Origin: Candidatus Saccharimonadales bacterium
Lineage (GTDB): Bacteria; Patescibacteriota; Saccharimonadia; Saccharimonadales; UBA10212
Assembly: GCA_040900055.1 (NCBI GenBank)
Contig: JBBDZU010000003.1
Location: 1-44,815 of the forward strand
Length of the DNA: 44,815 bases
Reading direction: 5' to 3'
Positions 1-8,142 of this stretch are shown piece after piece. The notes under the pieces were generated by a model, which was not told where the DNA came from, made no database searches, and saw nothing but the letters and a program-made list of their open reading frames with translations. Made by a program: the position numbers and the translations under genes. The number at the start of each line of letters is the position of its first letter. Positions within the stretch are counted from its first letter, which is position 1.

Positions 1-607
1 GCTGGCCCGCTGAAACTTCTGTCGAAGTTTTCGCGGGCGAAGGAGCAATAACCTGGCCGGGAGAATGCGATAAGGCAGCTGTAGGGCTGGGGTGGAAGAT
101 ATTATTAGTTTGTAGTTTGTAGTTGGTAGACGGGGCTGCACTAGATAAAGCAGACGGTTTGGGAGGAATTTGTTCTGGTCTGACTGGGATGGTACCCCTG
201 AAGGCGGTGGTTTGGGGAGTACTGCTAGCCAGCGGTTGCGGTGGAGAAGCTGGTCTGACGGCTGTTGGAGGAGCATAGGGCTTAGGTATGGGTATAGAGG
301 AGAGGTTGAGGGGCGCTGTCCCGCCTATACTTCCTTGGGAGTTTGTGCTGGGAGCTGGAGATGACGGTGGTCTGGGAGGTAAGGTAGCAGTAGTTGGAGC
401 TGCAGTGGCAGTCTCCTCGCCTATGAAGCCTCTCTCTAGGTGGCCCGGGGTGGAGAGTTTATTTTCTATAGAGTGTTCTAGGTGGTGGAGTGCTTTTTTT
501 GCTCGGTGTAGACGCATCCGACAAGAGGTCGAGCATGTTTTAGCGTTACTCCTAGACTTAAAAACTGTCTCACAGCCAGGACAAAGTTTAGTTACTGCGC
601 GCGCCAT
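1..607 (-). CDS. Partial CDS running off the left window edge: N-terminal Cys4 zinc-ribbon-like segment followed by a long Pro/Ser/Thr/Ala-rich low-complexity region
   Basis: Absent from the ORF track because no stop lies inside the window. Hand translation of the minus strand from ATG 607..605 gives MARAVTKLCPGCETVFKSRSNAKTCSTSCRMRLHRAKKALHHLEHSIENK..., then about 170 stop-free P/S/T/A-rich codons to position 1. Plus-strand ORFs 170..364 and 288..707 are its antisense shadows. Confidence 0.45.
   Translation of the reverse strand, partial: MARAVTKLCPGCETVFKSRSNAKTCSTSCRMRLHRAKKALHHLEHSIENKLSTPGHLERGFIGEETATAAPTTATLPPRPPSSPAPSTNSQGSIGGTAPLNLSSIPIPKPYAPPTAVRPASPPQPLASSTPQTTAFRGTIPVRPEQIPPKPSALSSAAPSTNYKLQTNNIFHPSPTAALSHSPGQVIAPSPAKTSTEVSAGQ
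106..129. repeat. Heptad tandem repeat TAGTTTG TAGTTTG TAGTTGG TAG (site 1 of 4)
   Basis: Direct reading. Shares the 15-mer gtttgtagttggtag with site 21576..21605. On the plus strand, TAG falls in all three frames. This site lies inside the minus-strand partial ORF. Confidence 0.6.
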
Positions 608-647
608 TTATTTTATTTATGTTTTTGTTAGCTTAAAGCTAGTTAAA

Positions 648-675
648 AGTATAAGCGCTTTCGTAACGCTGTCAA
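648..675 (-). promoter_or_regulatory. Candidate sigma70-type promoter for the 1..607 ORF
   Basis: The minus strand reads TTGACA (675..670), a 16-nt spacer, then TATACT (653..648), about 40 nt upstream of the ATG at 607. Confidence 0.35.
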
Positions 676-731
676 GCTGTAAAAACATAACAAAACGTAA
701 CGTTTAAGCGTCAATTAATCTCAGAGAATGT

Positions 732-3665
732 TTAACCTTGGCGGCTAAGATGAATACTGACTTCGTGACCGTCTATTTTAAGGTTCTCATTGTATTTTGC
801 TTTCTCACCCTGCTCCAGCTCAGCAACAACCAGGGTCTCGTCATAAATAGTCTTTTTGAAACGATTAAGGGCACCTGCCAGGCCAGGATCTTCCATGTAG
901 ATCCGTATCCGTATCCGGTCTTCGACATTAAAGCCAGCATTTTTACGGGCGCTTTGGACCGCTCTAATTAAATCACGGGCTATTCCTTCAGCCTTTAGCT
1001 CGTCTGTAAGTTTGGTATCTAATTTAACTTCCCCGTTCTTTGCCCATTTAACTTCTTTGACATTAAGTTCTTCAGCAATAATACCCTCAAAAGCCGACAT
1101 ATTAGCAATATCGAGGCTTAAGCTGACCGACCCTAAAGGTTGGCGCACCTTAATACCGGCTTTAGCTCGCTGAGACAGTCCTTCGCTGATGGCATTTCTG
1201 ACTATTTGCATATCAGATAGCAGTTTCTGACTAGCCTTATTTGGCGGGTTAACAGAGGGCCAATCGCTTAAATGGACAGATTTAGGCAGTTTCGTGCCCT
1301 TAATCAATCCTCGCCATATTTCATCTGTTAAAAAAGGTGCGAACGGCGCTAGAAGCTGGCAGGTTTGCAGCAGTACGTGATGCAAAGTGGCATAGGCGTT
1401 TTGTTTGTCGCTATCATCCTCACTTTTCCAAAAGCGGCGACGACACCGGCGGATATACCAGTTGCTAATATCATCAACTAGTCCGAAGATCGCCTCTAGA
1501 GAGTGGGCTAAGCGGAAACTATCGGCATTTTTAGTTGCAATAGCTGTGGCCTCGTCTAATCTGGCCAGGATCCAGTGATCTAAAAGGTTGCTCGATGTTG
1601 TTCGCTTTAACTCACTAGGTTGCCACTTATCTAGTTCAGAGTAGGTTTTAAAGAAGCGGTAGCTATTAAATAGCGTAAGTAGGATATTACGTTGAACATC
1701 CGTGACGCCAGCGCGATTAAAACGTAGATAATCGGCTGTTTCGGTAGCTTGGACGCTAGACATAAGATAAAGCCGCCAGGCATCAGCACCCTCTTTGTCG
1801 AAAACTTCTTCGTTAGGCGGATAATTACGAAGGCGTTTGCTTAGTTTTTGACCATCTGCGGCTAGGATAATGCCGTTTACCACTACGTTTTTATAAGCCG
1901 GTCGGTTAAATAAGATAGTCGAAATGACGTGCTGAACGTAGAACCAAAGGCGGGTTTGATCAAGCCCCTCGGTTACAAAATCGGCCGGAAAAGTTTGATC
2001 AAAGAGCTTTTTATTCTCAAATGGATAGTGTATTTGAGCTACCGGCATTGCTCCTGACTCAAACCAGCAATCCAGCACTTCTTCAATACGTTTATAGGTT
2101 CTGCCATCTTTTTTGATGGTAATTTTGTCTATAAACGGCCGGTGCAAATCCAACGACCCCTCGGTCTGCAAGACCCTTTCCACTTCATCTTTACCAGCTA
2201 GCTTCTTAAGCTCGGCTATAGATGAAATAACTATAAAGTCATCTGGATTATCGACGTTTTGCCAGATTGGCATAGGGGCTCCCCAGTAGCGATTGCGCGA
2301 AATCGCCCAATCGCGGGACCCTTCCAGCCACTGACCAAAACGCCCGTTTTTTATATTAGCCGGCATCCAGTTAATTTCGGCAGCGGTTTTAAGCATATCT
2401 TGTTTAACTTTAGTAACTTCTACAAACCAAGTGGTGGTGGCAAAGTACATTAGGGGCGTATCGCAGCGCCAGCAAAAAGGGTAAGTATGAGGCGCTTCTT
2501 CTGCCGCAAAGATCCGCGAAGCCTTAGTTAGATCGGCTATGATATGTGCATCTGCCTCTTTAAAAAAGAGGCCGATGACCTTGCTTGGACCTATTACTAA
2601 ATGCCCGGTTTTATCAACACTCTCGATAAGTGGCAAGTCGTGTTTAAGGCCTAGATTTAAGTCTTCTTCACCGTAGCGAGGGGCGATGTGTAATATCCCG
2701 GTGCCGTCTTCCAGGTCAACCCCGGCCGAACCGTAAACTTGGAAGGCATTTTTTAGCTTATCGGAACCTGCTTTTGGCTGGTAGAGTGCCTCATATTTTT
2801 GACCGATAAGATCTTTACCAGTAGCTGTTTTTAAGATCTGATAGTCGTTTTGGCGAAGATCCAGCACATCTAAGCGTTCCTTGGCTAAGATTAGAGTAGA
2901 CCCATCTGTTTTAAGCTTCACATAAGCGTAATCGGCAGCTGGGTCCACCGCTAAAGCAGCATTTGCCGGCAGAGTCCACGGTGTAGTGGTCCAGACTAGG
3001 AAGTATGTCTTTGGCTGTCCTTTTAGCGGAAATAAAACAAATACGCTAGGATCTACGACGTCATCTTTATAGCCCTCGTTTAATTCAAAGTTTGATAGTG
3101 GCGTTTCGCAGCGCGGGCAGTACGGTAAAGATTTAAACCCCCGGTATAGCAGGCCTTTTTGGTGAATTTGGCTAAGAACCCACCAAACACTTTCGGTGTA
3201 ATTGGTGTCTACTGTCGCATAATAGTTCTGGTAGTCGCTCCAGCGACCAATCCGATTTAAGAAGTCTTCCCACTGGTCTTTATAGCGGAAAATCGAGGCC
3301 CTACAGGCATCGTTGAATTTTTCTAGGCCTAAATCCTCGATCTGTTTTTTACCGGAGACACCAAATTGTTTTTCAACATCATATTCTACTGGTAGACCAT
3401 GACAATCCCAGCCATTGCGGCGTGGCGTATAGTAGCCCCGCATGGTTTTATAACGTAAAACCGAGTCTTTAATAGTCGTAACTAGGGAGTGACCAAAGTG
3501 CGGTAAACCGTTAGCAAAGGGCGGGCCGTCGTTGAAATTAAAGCGCGGTTTGCCCTGACGATTCTCCAGGCTTTTGGCAAAAGTCTGTTCTTTTTGCCAA
3601 GTTTTGAGCAAATTTTCTTCAAGGTACGCAAATTCGGATTTGCCTTCTGCCTTTTTAGAACTCAT
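732..3665 (-). CDS. ileS: Isoleucyl-tRNA synthetase (type 2-like)
   Basis: 977-aa ORF. HIGH-type motif PPFANGLPHFGHSL, KMSKS-type motif KLSKRLRNYPP, a large CP1-sized insertion, and class Ia anticodon-binding C-terminal region. Confidence 0.95.
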   Translation of the reverse strand: MSSKKAEGKSEFAYLEENLLKTWQKEQTFAKSLENRQGKPRFNFNDGPPFANGLPHFGHSLVTTIKDSVLRYKTMRGYYTPRRNGWDCHGLPVEYDVEKQFGVSGKKQIEDLGLEKFNDACRASIFRYKDQWEDFLNRIGRWSDYQNYYATVDTNYTESVWWVLSQIHQKGLLYRGFKSLPYCPRCETPLSNFELNEGYKDDVVDPSVFVLFPLKGQPKTYFLVWTTTPWTLPANAALAVDPAADYAYVKLKTDGSTLILAKERLDVLDLRQNDYQILKTATGKDLIGQKYEALYQPKAGSDKLKNAFQVYGSAGVDLEDGTGILHIAPRYGEEDLNLGLKHDLPLIESVDKTGHLVIGPSKVIGLFFKEADAHIIADLTKASRIFAAEEAPHTYPFCWRCDTPLMYFATTTWFVEVTKVKQDMLKTAAEINWMPANIKNGRFGQWLEGSRDWAISRNRYWGAPMPIWQNVDNPDDFIVISSIAELKKLAGKDEVERVLQTEGSLDLHRPFIDKITIKKDGRTYKRIEEVLDCWFESGAMPVAQIHYPFENKKLFDQTFPADFVTEGLDQTRLWFYVQHVISTILFNRPAYKNVVVNGIILAADGQKLSKRLRNYPPNEEVFDKEGADAWRLYLMSSVQATETADYLRFNRAGVTDVQRNILLTLFNSYRFFKTYSELDKWQPSELKRTTSSNLLDHWILARLDEATAIATKNADSFRLAHSLEAIFGLVDDISNWYIRRCRRRFWKSEDDSDKQNAYATLHHVLLQTCQLLAPFAPFLTDEIWRGLIKGTKLPKSVHLSDWPSVNPPNKASQKLLSDMQIVRNAISEGLSQRAKAGIKVRQPLGSVSLSLDIANMSAFEGIIAEELNVKEVKWAKNGEVKLDTKLTDELKAEGIARDLIRAVQSARKNAGFNVEDRIRIRIYMEDPGLAGALNRFKKTIYDETLVVAELEQGEKAKYNENLKIDGHEVSIHLSRQG

Positions 3666-3673
3666 CCCTTAAA

Positions 3674-3949
3674 CTATACCAAGTAAGCGTCGATTTCGCT
3701 TACTTGGGGTAGAAGGTCGGCCGAAGTCCCTCCCTGCCAAAGGTTTTGCAATGCTCCGTCAGCTGCTATAACTAAAACTGCTGGGTAACGCGTTACGTCG
3801 TACAAACGAGCCATTTCGGCCCCTTGCTTAGTGTCTAGGCTAACTAGTTCGATGCTTCTGCCTGGGTGACGGGCGTGGTATTCCCGAGCATAATCTATAA
3901 CCCTGCCCTCGTACTCACTCTTGGGATGATAAAGCGCCGCAATCCGCAT
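3674..3949 (-). CDS. Small hypothetical protein, possibly thioredoxin-fold-like without a CxxC motif
   Basis: 91-aa ORF ending 9 nt upstream of the ileS start, so it looks operonic. The segment RYPAVLVIAADG resembles the thioredoxin-fold beta3 region. No catalytic cysteines. Confidence 0.55.
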   Translation of the reverse strand: MRIAALYHPKSEYEGRVIDYAREYHARHPGRSIELVSLDTKQGAEMARLYDVTRYPAVLVIAADGALQNLWQGGTSADLLPQVSEIDAYLV

Positions 3950-3952
3950 AAC

Positions 3953-3983
3953 TAGTTTCTAGTTTAGAGTTTTTAGTTTATAG
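3953..3983. repeat. Heptad tandem repeat TAGTTTC TAGTTTA GAGTTTT TAGTTTA TAG (site 2 of 4)
   Basis: Direct reading. Lies immediately beside the start codon (3949) of the 91-aa gene. Confidence 0.55.
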
Positions 3984-4185
3984 AGTCGAGAGTGCTTTGC
4001 TACTTTTAGCCGTAAAAGTAGCACAAAAGCTCTGGGCGTAGGCTCGGCTGATGCTAGCACTAGTCAAAAGACACAAACATGCCTGCGGAACGCAAGCGGC
4101 CCTCATTCCTTCAGACAGTCCTCGGCATTATTAAGTTGATGCTTTTGACGTGCTTAGCTCAGGCTCGCCTACATGCCCAATTTAT

Positions 4186-4421
4186 GGGTCCGGGCATAAG
4201 GAGTTAACCTGAGTAGTCTGTTGTTTATTAAAGAGGCGTACTTGGTCGCGAGGACTGTTTGAGCCCCTCACCATTTCCAGTGAAAATGGTGAGGGTGAGA
4301 TCCACAGCGAGCCCTGCCTGCCGGCAGGCAGGCTGTTTTAAACAACCGCTACTCAAGCTTGGCGACGCGCCCGGCGGTTTGCCACACTTTGCCGTTCAAA
4401 GTGTGAAAATTGTATTCTTGG
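4186..4421. ncRNA. Candidate structured RNA / paralogous repeat, copy 1 (unknown class, strand unresolved)
   Basis: Sits in a 504-bp gene-free gap. It shares an 18-nt 5' block (gggtccgggcataaggag) and a 50-nt 3' block (ggcgacgcgcccggcggtttgccacactttgccgYtcaaagtgtgaaaat) with 41977..42189. The interiors diverge but keep hairpins at matching positions. Lengths are collinear: 216 nt without the 20-bp palindrome versus 213 nt. Confidence 0.35.
4313..4332. repeat. 20-bp perfect palindrome CCTGCCTGCCGGCAGGCAGG (copy 1)
   Basis: Identical to 40333..40352. It is present in copy 1 of the RNA-like element but absent from the homologous point of copy 2 (gcgagc|ctgtt). Confidence 0.85.
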
Positions 4422-4453
4422 CGCCACCTTTACGGCTAAAGGTGGCAAGAAGT

Positions 4454-7306
4454 TTAGCTACAACCTGTTGTACTGCCACAGGCAGTACAGACGTAACAGC
4501 TGCCGGCTCGTTGGGTCTGGTTGCCACAGTTGAAGCACATTGGGGCAGAATCATCCATAACGGCCGACTTCTTGGATGGCTGCTCATCAGTTTTCTGGGA
4601 AATTAGTTCGGTATCCATGGTGCTGGCAGTGGCAATAGTGGAATCGGTAACAGCTGGTTCGGCCTCACTAAAATCGGTTATGGTCCCGACTTCTTGAGCA
4701 ATTTCGGTCTCGGCCACCGGTGTAGATGTAAGCAAGCTGGTCTGAGTTGCCGGCATATCCTCAAGCGAAGCTAGTCCCAGCTCTACGCGATCATCAAACG
4801 ACAGATAAGTCATTGCTAGACGCCTAAAGATGTAGTCAATTAAAGAAGAGGCTGTGCGAATATCCGGATCGGAAGTGATACCGGTTGGCGGAAAACTCAT
4901 GTGGCTAAAACTGCGTACGTAGGCTTTAAGAGGCACTCCGTACTGCAGACCGTAGCTAATGCTGATGGCAAAGGCATCGATTAGACCTCTAAGCGTGGAA
5001 CCGTGCTTAGAAGTACTAATAAATAGTTCTCCTGGAATACCATCCTCGTACTCGCCGACTGTAAAGAAACCTTTAGAATCAGCTACTCTAAAGCTAAAAG
5101 TTTTGGAGTTTCTAACTTTTGGTAATTCCCGCCTGACCGCCCCGCGGATTATGACAGCGTCATTGACAGCTTGGGCAGAAGCCATCGCAGCGACTGCCGG
5201 CCCAGCTAACGGTGCGTCTGCGCCGTCTTTTTTAGCCATTGATAGCGGTTGAGCAACCTTACAGTTATCACGGTAGATAGCTATGGCTTTTAGACCCATC
5301 TTCCAGGCATCTAAGTGTAGCTGCTCGACTTCTTCGACAGTTACTTCTTCGGGCATATTAACTGTTTTAGAAATGGCCCCTGATATAAAAGGCTGCACCG
5401 CCGACATCATCTTGACATGCCCTAGGTAGTGAATAGCATTATCGCCCATCGAACAGGCAAAGACTTTGAGGTGTTCATCTTTAAGATGAGGTGCCCCGAT
5501 TATAGTTTTTTCTACATCAATATAGTTAACAATGTCTTCAGTCTGGGCTCGATTATAGCCCAGGGCCTTTAAGGCTCTGGGCACAGTTTGATTGACTATG
5601 CTCATAGTCCCCCCGCCAACCAGTTTTTTGACTTTAACCAGTCCTAGGTCTGGTTCGATGCCAGTGGTATCACAGTCCATCATTAAGCCGATAGTCCCAG
5701 TTGGTGCCAAAACGGTGGCCTGGCTGTTACGTACACCGTAGCGACTATTAAGTTCGACTGCTTCATCCCAAGCACTAGCTGCAGCACTTAGCAGCTCTTC
5801 CGAGACATAGGCTGGGTCGATCTTTTTAACTTCATCACGGTGCATCTTTAGAACCTTAGCGACAGCCTCGCGGTCCTTGTGGTAGCCGGCAAAAGGTCCA
5901 ACCGTTTTAGCTATTTTGGCGCTAGTAGCATAAGCTTCACCGGTCATCAGGGCAGTTATAGCCGCCGCTTGGGCTCTGCCTTCATCGGAGTCATAAGCCA
6001 AGCCCTGAGCCATTAAAAGCGCTCCTAGATTGGCGTAGCCTAGGCCTAGCTCCCGGTAAGCCCGAGCGTTTTTGGTGATGGACTTAGTGGGATATTCGGA
6101 ATAGCCAACCAGTATTTCTTGCGCCGTAAAGACCATCTCGACGGTGTGCCTAAAGGCCTCGATGTCAAAACTATGGTCATCGTTTAGGTATTTAAGCAGG
6201 TTAATTGAGGCTAGGTTACAAGCTGAATTATCTAGGTGCATGTATTCGCTACAGGGGTTTGAGGCATTAATTCGGCCAGCGTTGGGAGCGGTATGCCAGA
6301 GGTTAACTGTGGTGTCAAACTGCATGCCTGGATCGGCACACTCCCAAGCTGCTTCAGCAATTTGACGAAATAGCTGGCGAGCTTTAACTGCAGCTACAGT
6401 CTTAGCGTCTTTGACAGCTTTTAGATCCCAGTTATCGTCTGCCTCGACAGCCTTCATAAAGTCATCGGTAACTCGTACCGAATTGTTGGCGTTTTGATAC
6501 TGTACAGAAAAGAAATCCTTGCCGTCTAGGCTCATATCAAAGCCGGCAGTTTCTAGCGCCCTAGCTTTACGCTCTTCGATAGCCTTGCACCAAATAAAAT
6601 CTTCTATATCAGGATGATCAACGTTTAGGATAACCATTTTGGCGGCCCGGCGTGTTTTGCCACCGCTTTTAATCGTACCGGCTGAAGCATCGGCCCCGCG
6701 CATAAAACTAACTGGACCAGAAGAAGTGCCCCCACTGCCGCCTAGCCGTTCTTTGGAAGACCGTAATTTGCTTAAATTAATACCCGACCCCGATCCGCCT
6801 TTAAAGATAATGCCTTCCTCGGTGTACCAGTTTAGGATAGATTCCATGGTATCTTCGATGCCTAAAATAAAGCAGGCGCTAGCTTGTTGAGCTCGTCCCT
6901 TGGCGCCAATATTAAACCAAACTGGTGAGTTGAAGGCTGCTCTTTGAGTTGCCAAAATATATTTAAGCTCCTGACGGAAATCTTCGGCCACTTCTTTGGT
7001 TTCAAAGTAGCCCTCGCTGGTGCCTTGACGAGTGATAGTATCTACCACCCTGTCGATTAATTGCTTTAGAGAGCTTTCGCGCTCAGGCGTCCCAGGGGTA
7101 CCGGTAAAGTACTTCTGGGCCACTATATTAATGGCATTTAACGACCAGCTAGCCGGAAATTCAACTGATTTTTGCTCAAAGACGGGCTTTTTTGTGGCCG
7201 GATTAGAAATTAAAGAGTCGCGCTTGACCCACTTTGAATGATCGTAAGCTTTTGTCCCCGGCTTGGTAAAAACTCTTTTAACTTTGGTTTTTACTTGAAT
7301 TGCCAT
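4454..7306 (-). CDS. nrdJ: Class II (adenosylcobalamin-dependent) ribonucleotide reductase
   Basis: 950-aa ORF. RNR core motifs NPCSEY, ACNLASINL and TGIEPD. C-terminal Cys cluster CFNCGNQTQRAGSCYVCTACGSTTGC, typical of monomeric NrdJ. nrdR lies immediately upstream. Confidence 0.92.
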   Translation of the reverse strand: MAIQVKTKVKRVFTKPGTKAYDHSKWVKRDSLISNPATKKPVFEQKSVEFPASWSLNAINIVAQKYFTGTPGTPERESSLKQLIDRVVDTITRQGTSEGYFETKEVAEDFRQELKYILATQRAAFNSPVWFNIGAKGRAQQASACFILGIEDTMESILNWYTEEGIIFKGGSGSGINLSKLRSSKERLGGSGGTSSGPVSFMRGADASAGTIKSGGKTRRAAKMVILNVDHPDIEDFIWCKAIEERKARALETAGFDMSLDGKDFFSVQYQNANNSVRVTDDFMKAVEADDNWDLKAVKDAKTVAAVKARQLFRQIAEAAWECADPGMQFDTTVNLWHTAPNAGRINASNPCSEYMHLDNSACNLASINLLKYLNDDHSFDIEAFRHTVEMVFTAQEILVGYSEYPTKSITKNARAYRELGLGYANLGALLMAQGLAYDSDEGRAQAAAITALMTGEAYATSAKIAKTVGPFAGYHKDREAVAKVLKMHRDEVKKIDPAYVSEELLSAAASAWDEAVELNSRYGVRNSQATVLAPTGTIGLMMDCDTTGIEPDLGLVKVKKLVGGGTMSIVNQTVPRALKALGYNRAQTEDIVNYIDVEKTIIGAPHLKDEHLKVFACSMGDNAIHYLGHVKMMSAVQPFISGAISKTVNMPEEVTVEEVEQLHLDAWKMGLKAIAIYRDNCKVAQPLSMAKKDGADAPLAGPAVAAMASAQAVNDAVIIRGAVRRELPKVRNSKTFSFRVADSKGFFTVGEYEDGIPGELFISTSKHGSTLRGLIDAFAISISYGLQYGVPLKAYVRSFSHMSFPPTGITSDPDIRTASSLIDYIFRRLAMTYLSFDDRVELGLASLEDMPATQTSLLTSTPVAETEIAQEVGTITDFSEAEPAVTDSTIATASTMDTELISQKTDEQPSKKSAVMDDSAPMCFNCGNQTQRAGSCYVCTACGSTTGCS

Positions 7307-7502
7307 TATTTTTTACCCCTGTTTACCGTTTTTAGTTTGTTTTTTAAATTTTTATCTTGCCCTGAGCTAGCCGGACCTCTCCTTGTCTATCTATATCAGA
7401 CTTTTGGGGAGTGACCACCCTTTGCTCCTCTAGACGTTTTTTATATTAATCCAAAAACAACGTCCAAAGCAACAAGAAACTTTAACTTAACGTTCTAGTT
7501 TC

Positions 7503-8009
7503 TTAGGATTTGGTTTGAGCTTTTTTCGATCCCTTGGTGGCCGCACGTTCACGTGTTTTGCCCTGCCTTATGCGCGATAATTCTCTTTCAAAGCCAGTTA
7601 TGTCGCGGAATTTGCGATAAACGCTGGCAAACCGCACATAAGCTACTTCGCTAAGGGCCGGCAGGCCGGCCATAACCAGTTCTCCGATATCAACTGAGGA
7701 TACTTCTGGCTCACCGCGACCATATAGTTCTCGCTCGATAGAAGCTACAAAGCCTTCCAACTGCTGATGAGTCACGGACGTCTTCTCGGTGGCCTGCTGA
7801 AGGCCAGCTTGCAACTTATCGCGGCTAAATAGCTGCCGGGTGCCGTCGCGCTTAACTACTACCAGTGATGGCCTCTCTAGCCGCTCATAGGTAGTAAAAC
7901 GATTACCACAGTTTAGACACTGGCGGCGGCGGCGGGTAGCTTCACCATCCGCTACATCGCGTGATTCGATAACCTTAGAATCGGTTGATTGACAATTGTG
8001 ACACTTCAC
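7503..8009 (-). CDS. nrdR: Transcriptional repressor NrdR
   Basis: 168 aa. N-terminal zinc ribbon MKCHNCQSTDSKVIESR...CLNCGNRFTTYERLE followed by an ATP-cone. GTG start with AAGGA 9 nt upstream. Confidence 0.95.
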   Translation of the reverse strand: MKCHNCQSTDSKVIESRDVADGEATRRRRQCLNCGNRFTTYERLERPSLVVVKRDGTRQLFSRDKLQAGLQQATEKTSVTHQQLEGFVASIERELYGRGEPEVSSVDIGELVMAGLPALSEVAYVRFASVYRKFRDITGFERELSRIRQGKTRERAATKGSKKAQTKS

Positions 8010-8048
8010 TTACACGGTCCTTTTTTGCTCAAATCTTTAAGGTACAAT

Positions 8049-8104
8049 CACTACATCTAGTGTTTGTAGACCCAATATTAACTCTACTTATAGTGCTTAT
8101 GCAA
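8049..8104 (-). promoter_or_regulatory. Two NrdR boxes overlapping a candidate promoter upstream of nrdR
   Basis: Near-palindromes cactacatctagtgt (8049..8063) and actctacttatagtg (8081..8095) have starts 32 bp apart. On the minus strand, TTGCAT (8104..8099), an 18-nt spacer and TAATAT (8080..8075) bracket the distal box. Confidence 0.6.
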
Positions 8105-8142
8105 GAATTTTCTGGTGTATTAATCACAAAGATCTTAGCCAA

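Noticed and set aside
4060-4450. Possibility that the nrdJ-ileS intergenic element is RNase P RNA, SRP RNA, tmRNA, 6S RNA, an ileS T-box leader or a cobalamin riboswitch
   Set aside because: GGGUCCGGGC / GCCCGGC superficially recalls the RNase P P4 helix, and GUCCGG..AAGGAG recalls the SRP. However, the other universally conserved blocks are missing: GAGGAAAG, ACAGAAnnCGGCUUA, the tRNA-like end, the T-box UGGUACCGCG and the B12 box. A second copy also exists 38 kb away, which is unexpected for those single-copy RNAs. Only a covariance-model scan can settle this.
7384-7400. Palindrome-like gtctatctatatcagac upstream of nrdJ as a third NrdR box
   Set aside because: The outer arms are GTC/GAC rather than CAC/GTG, and no partner box lies ~31 bp away. 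The match is too weak to call.
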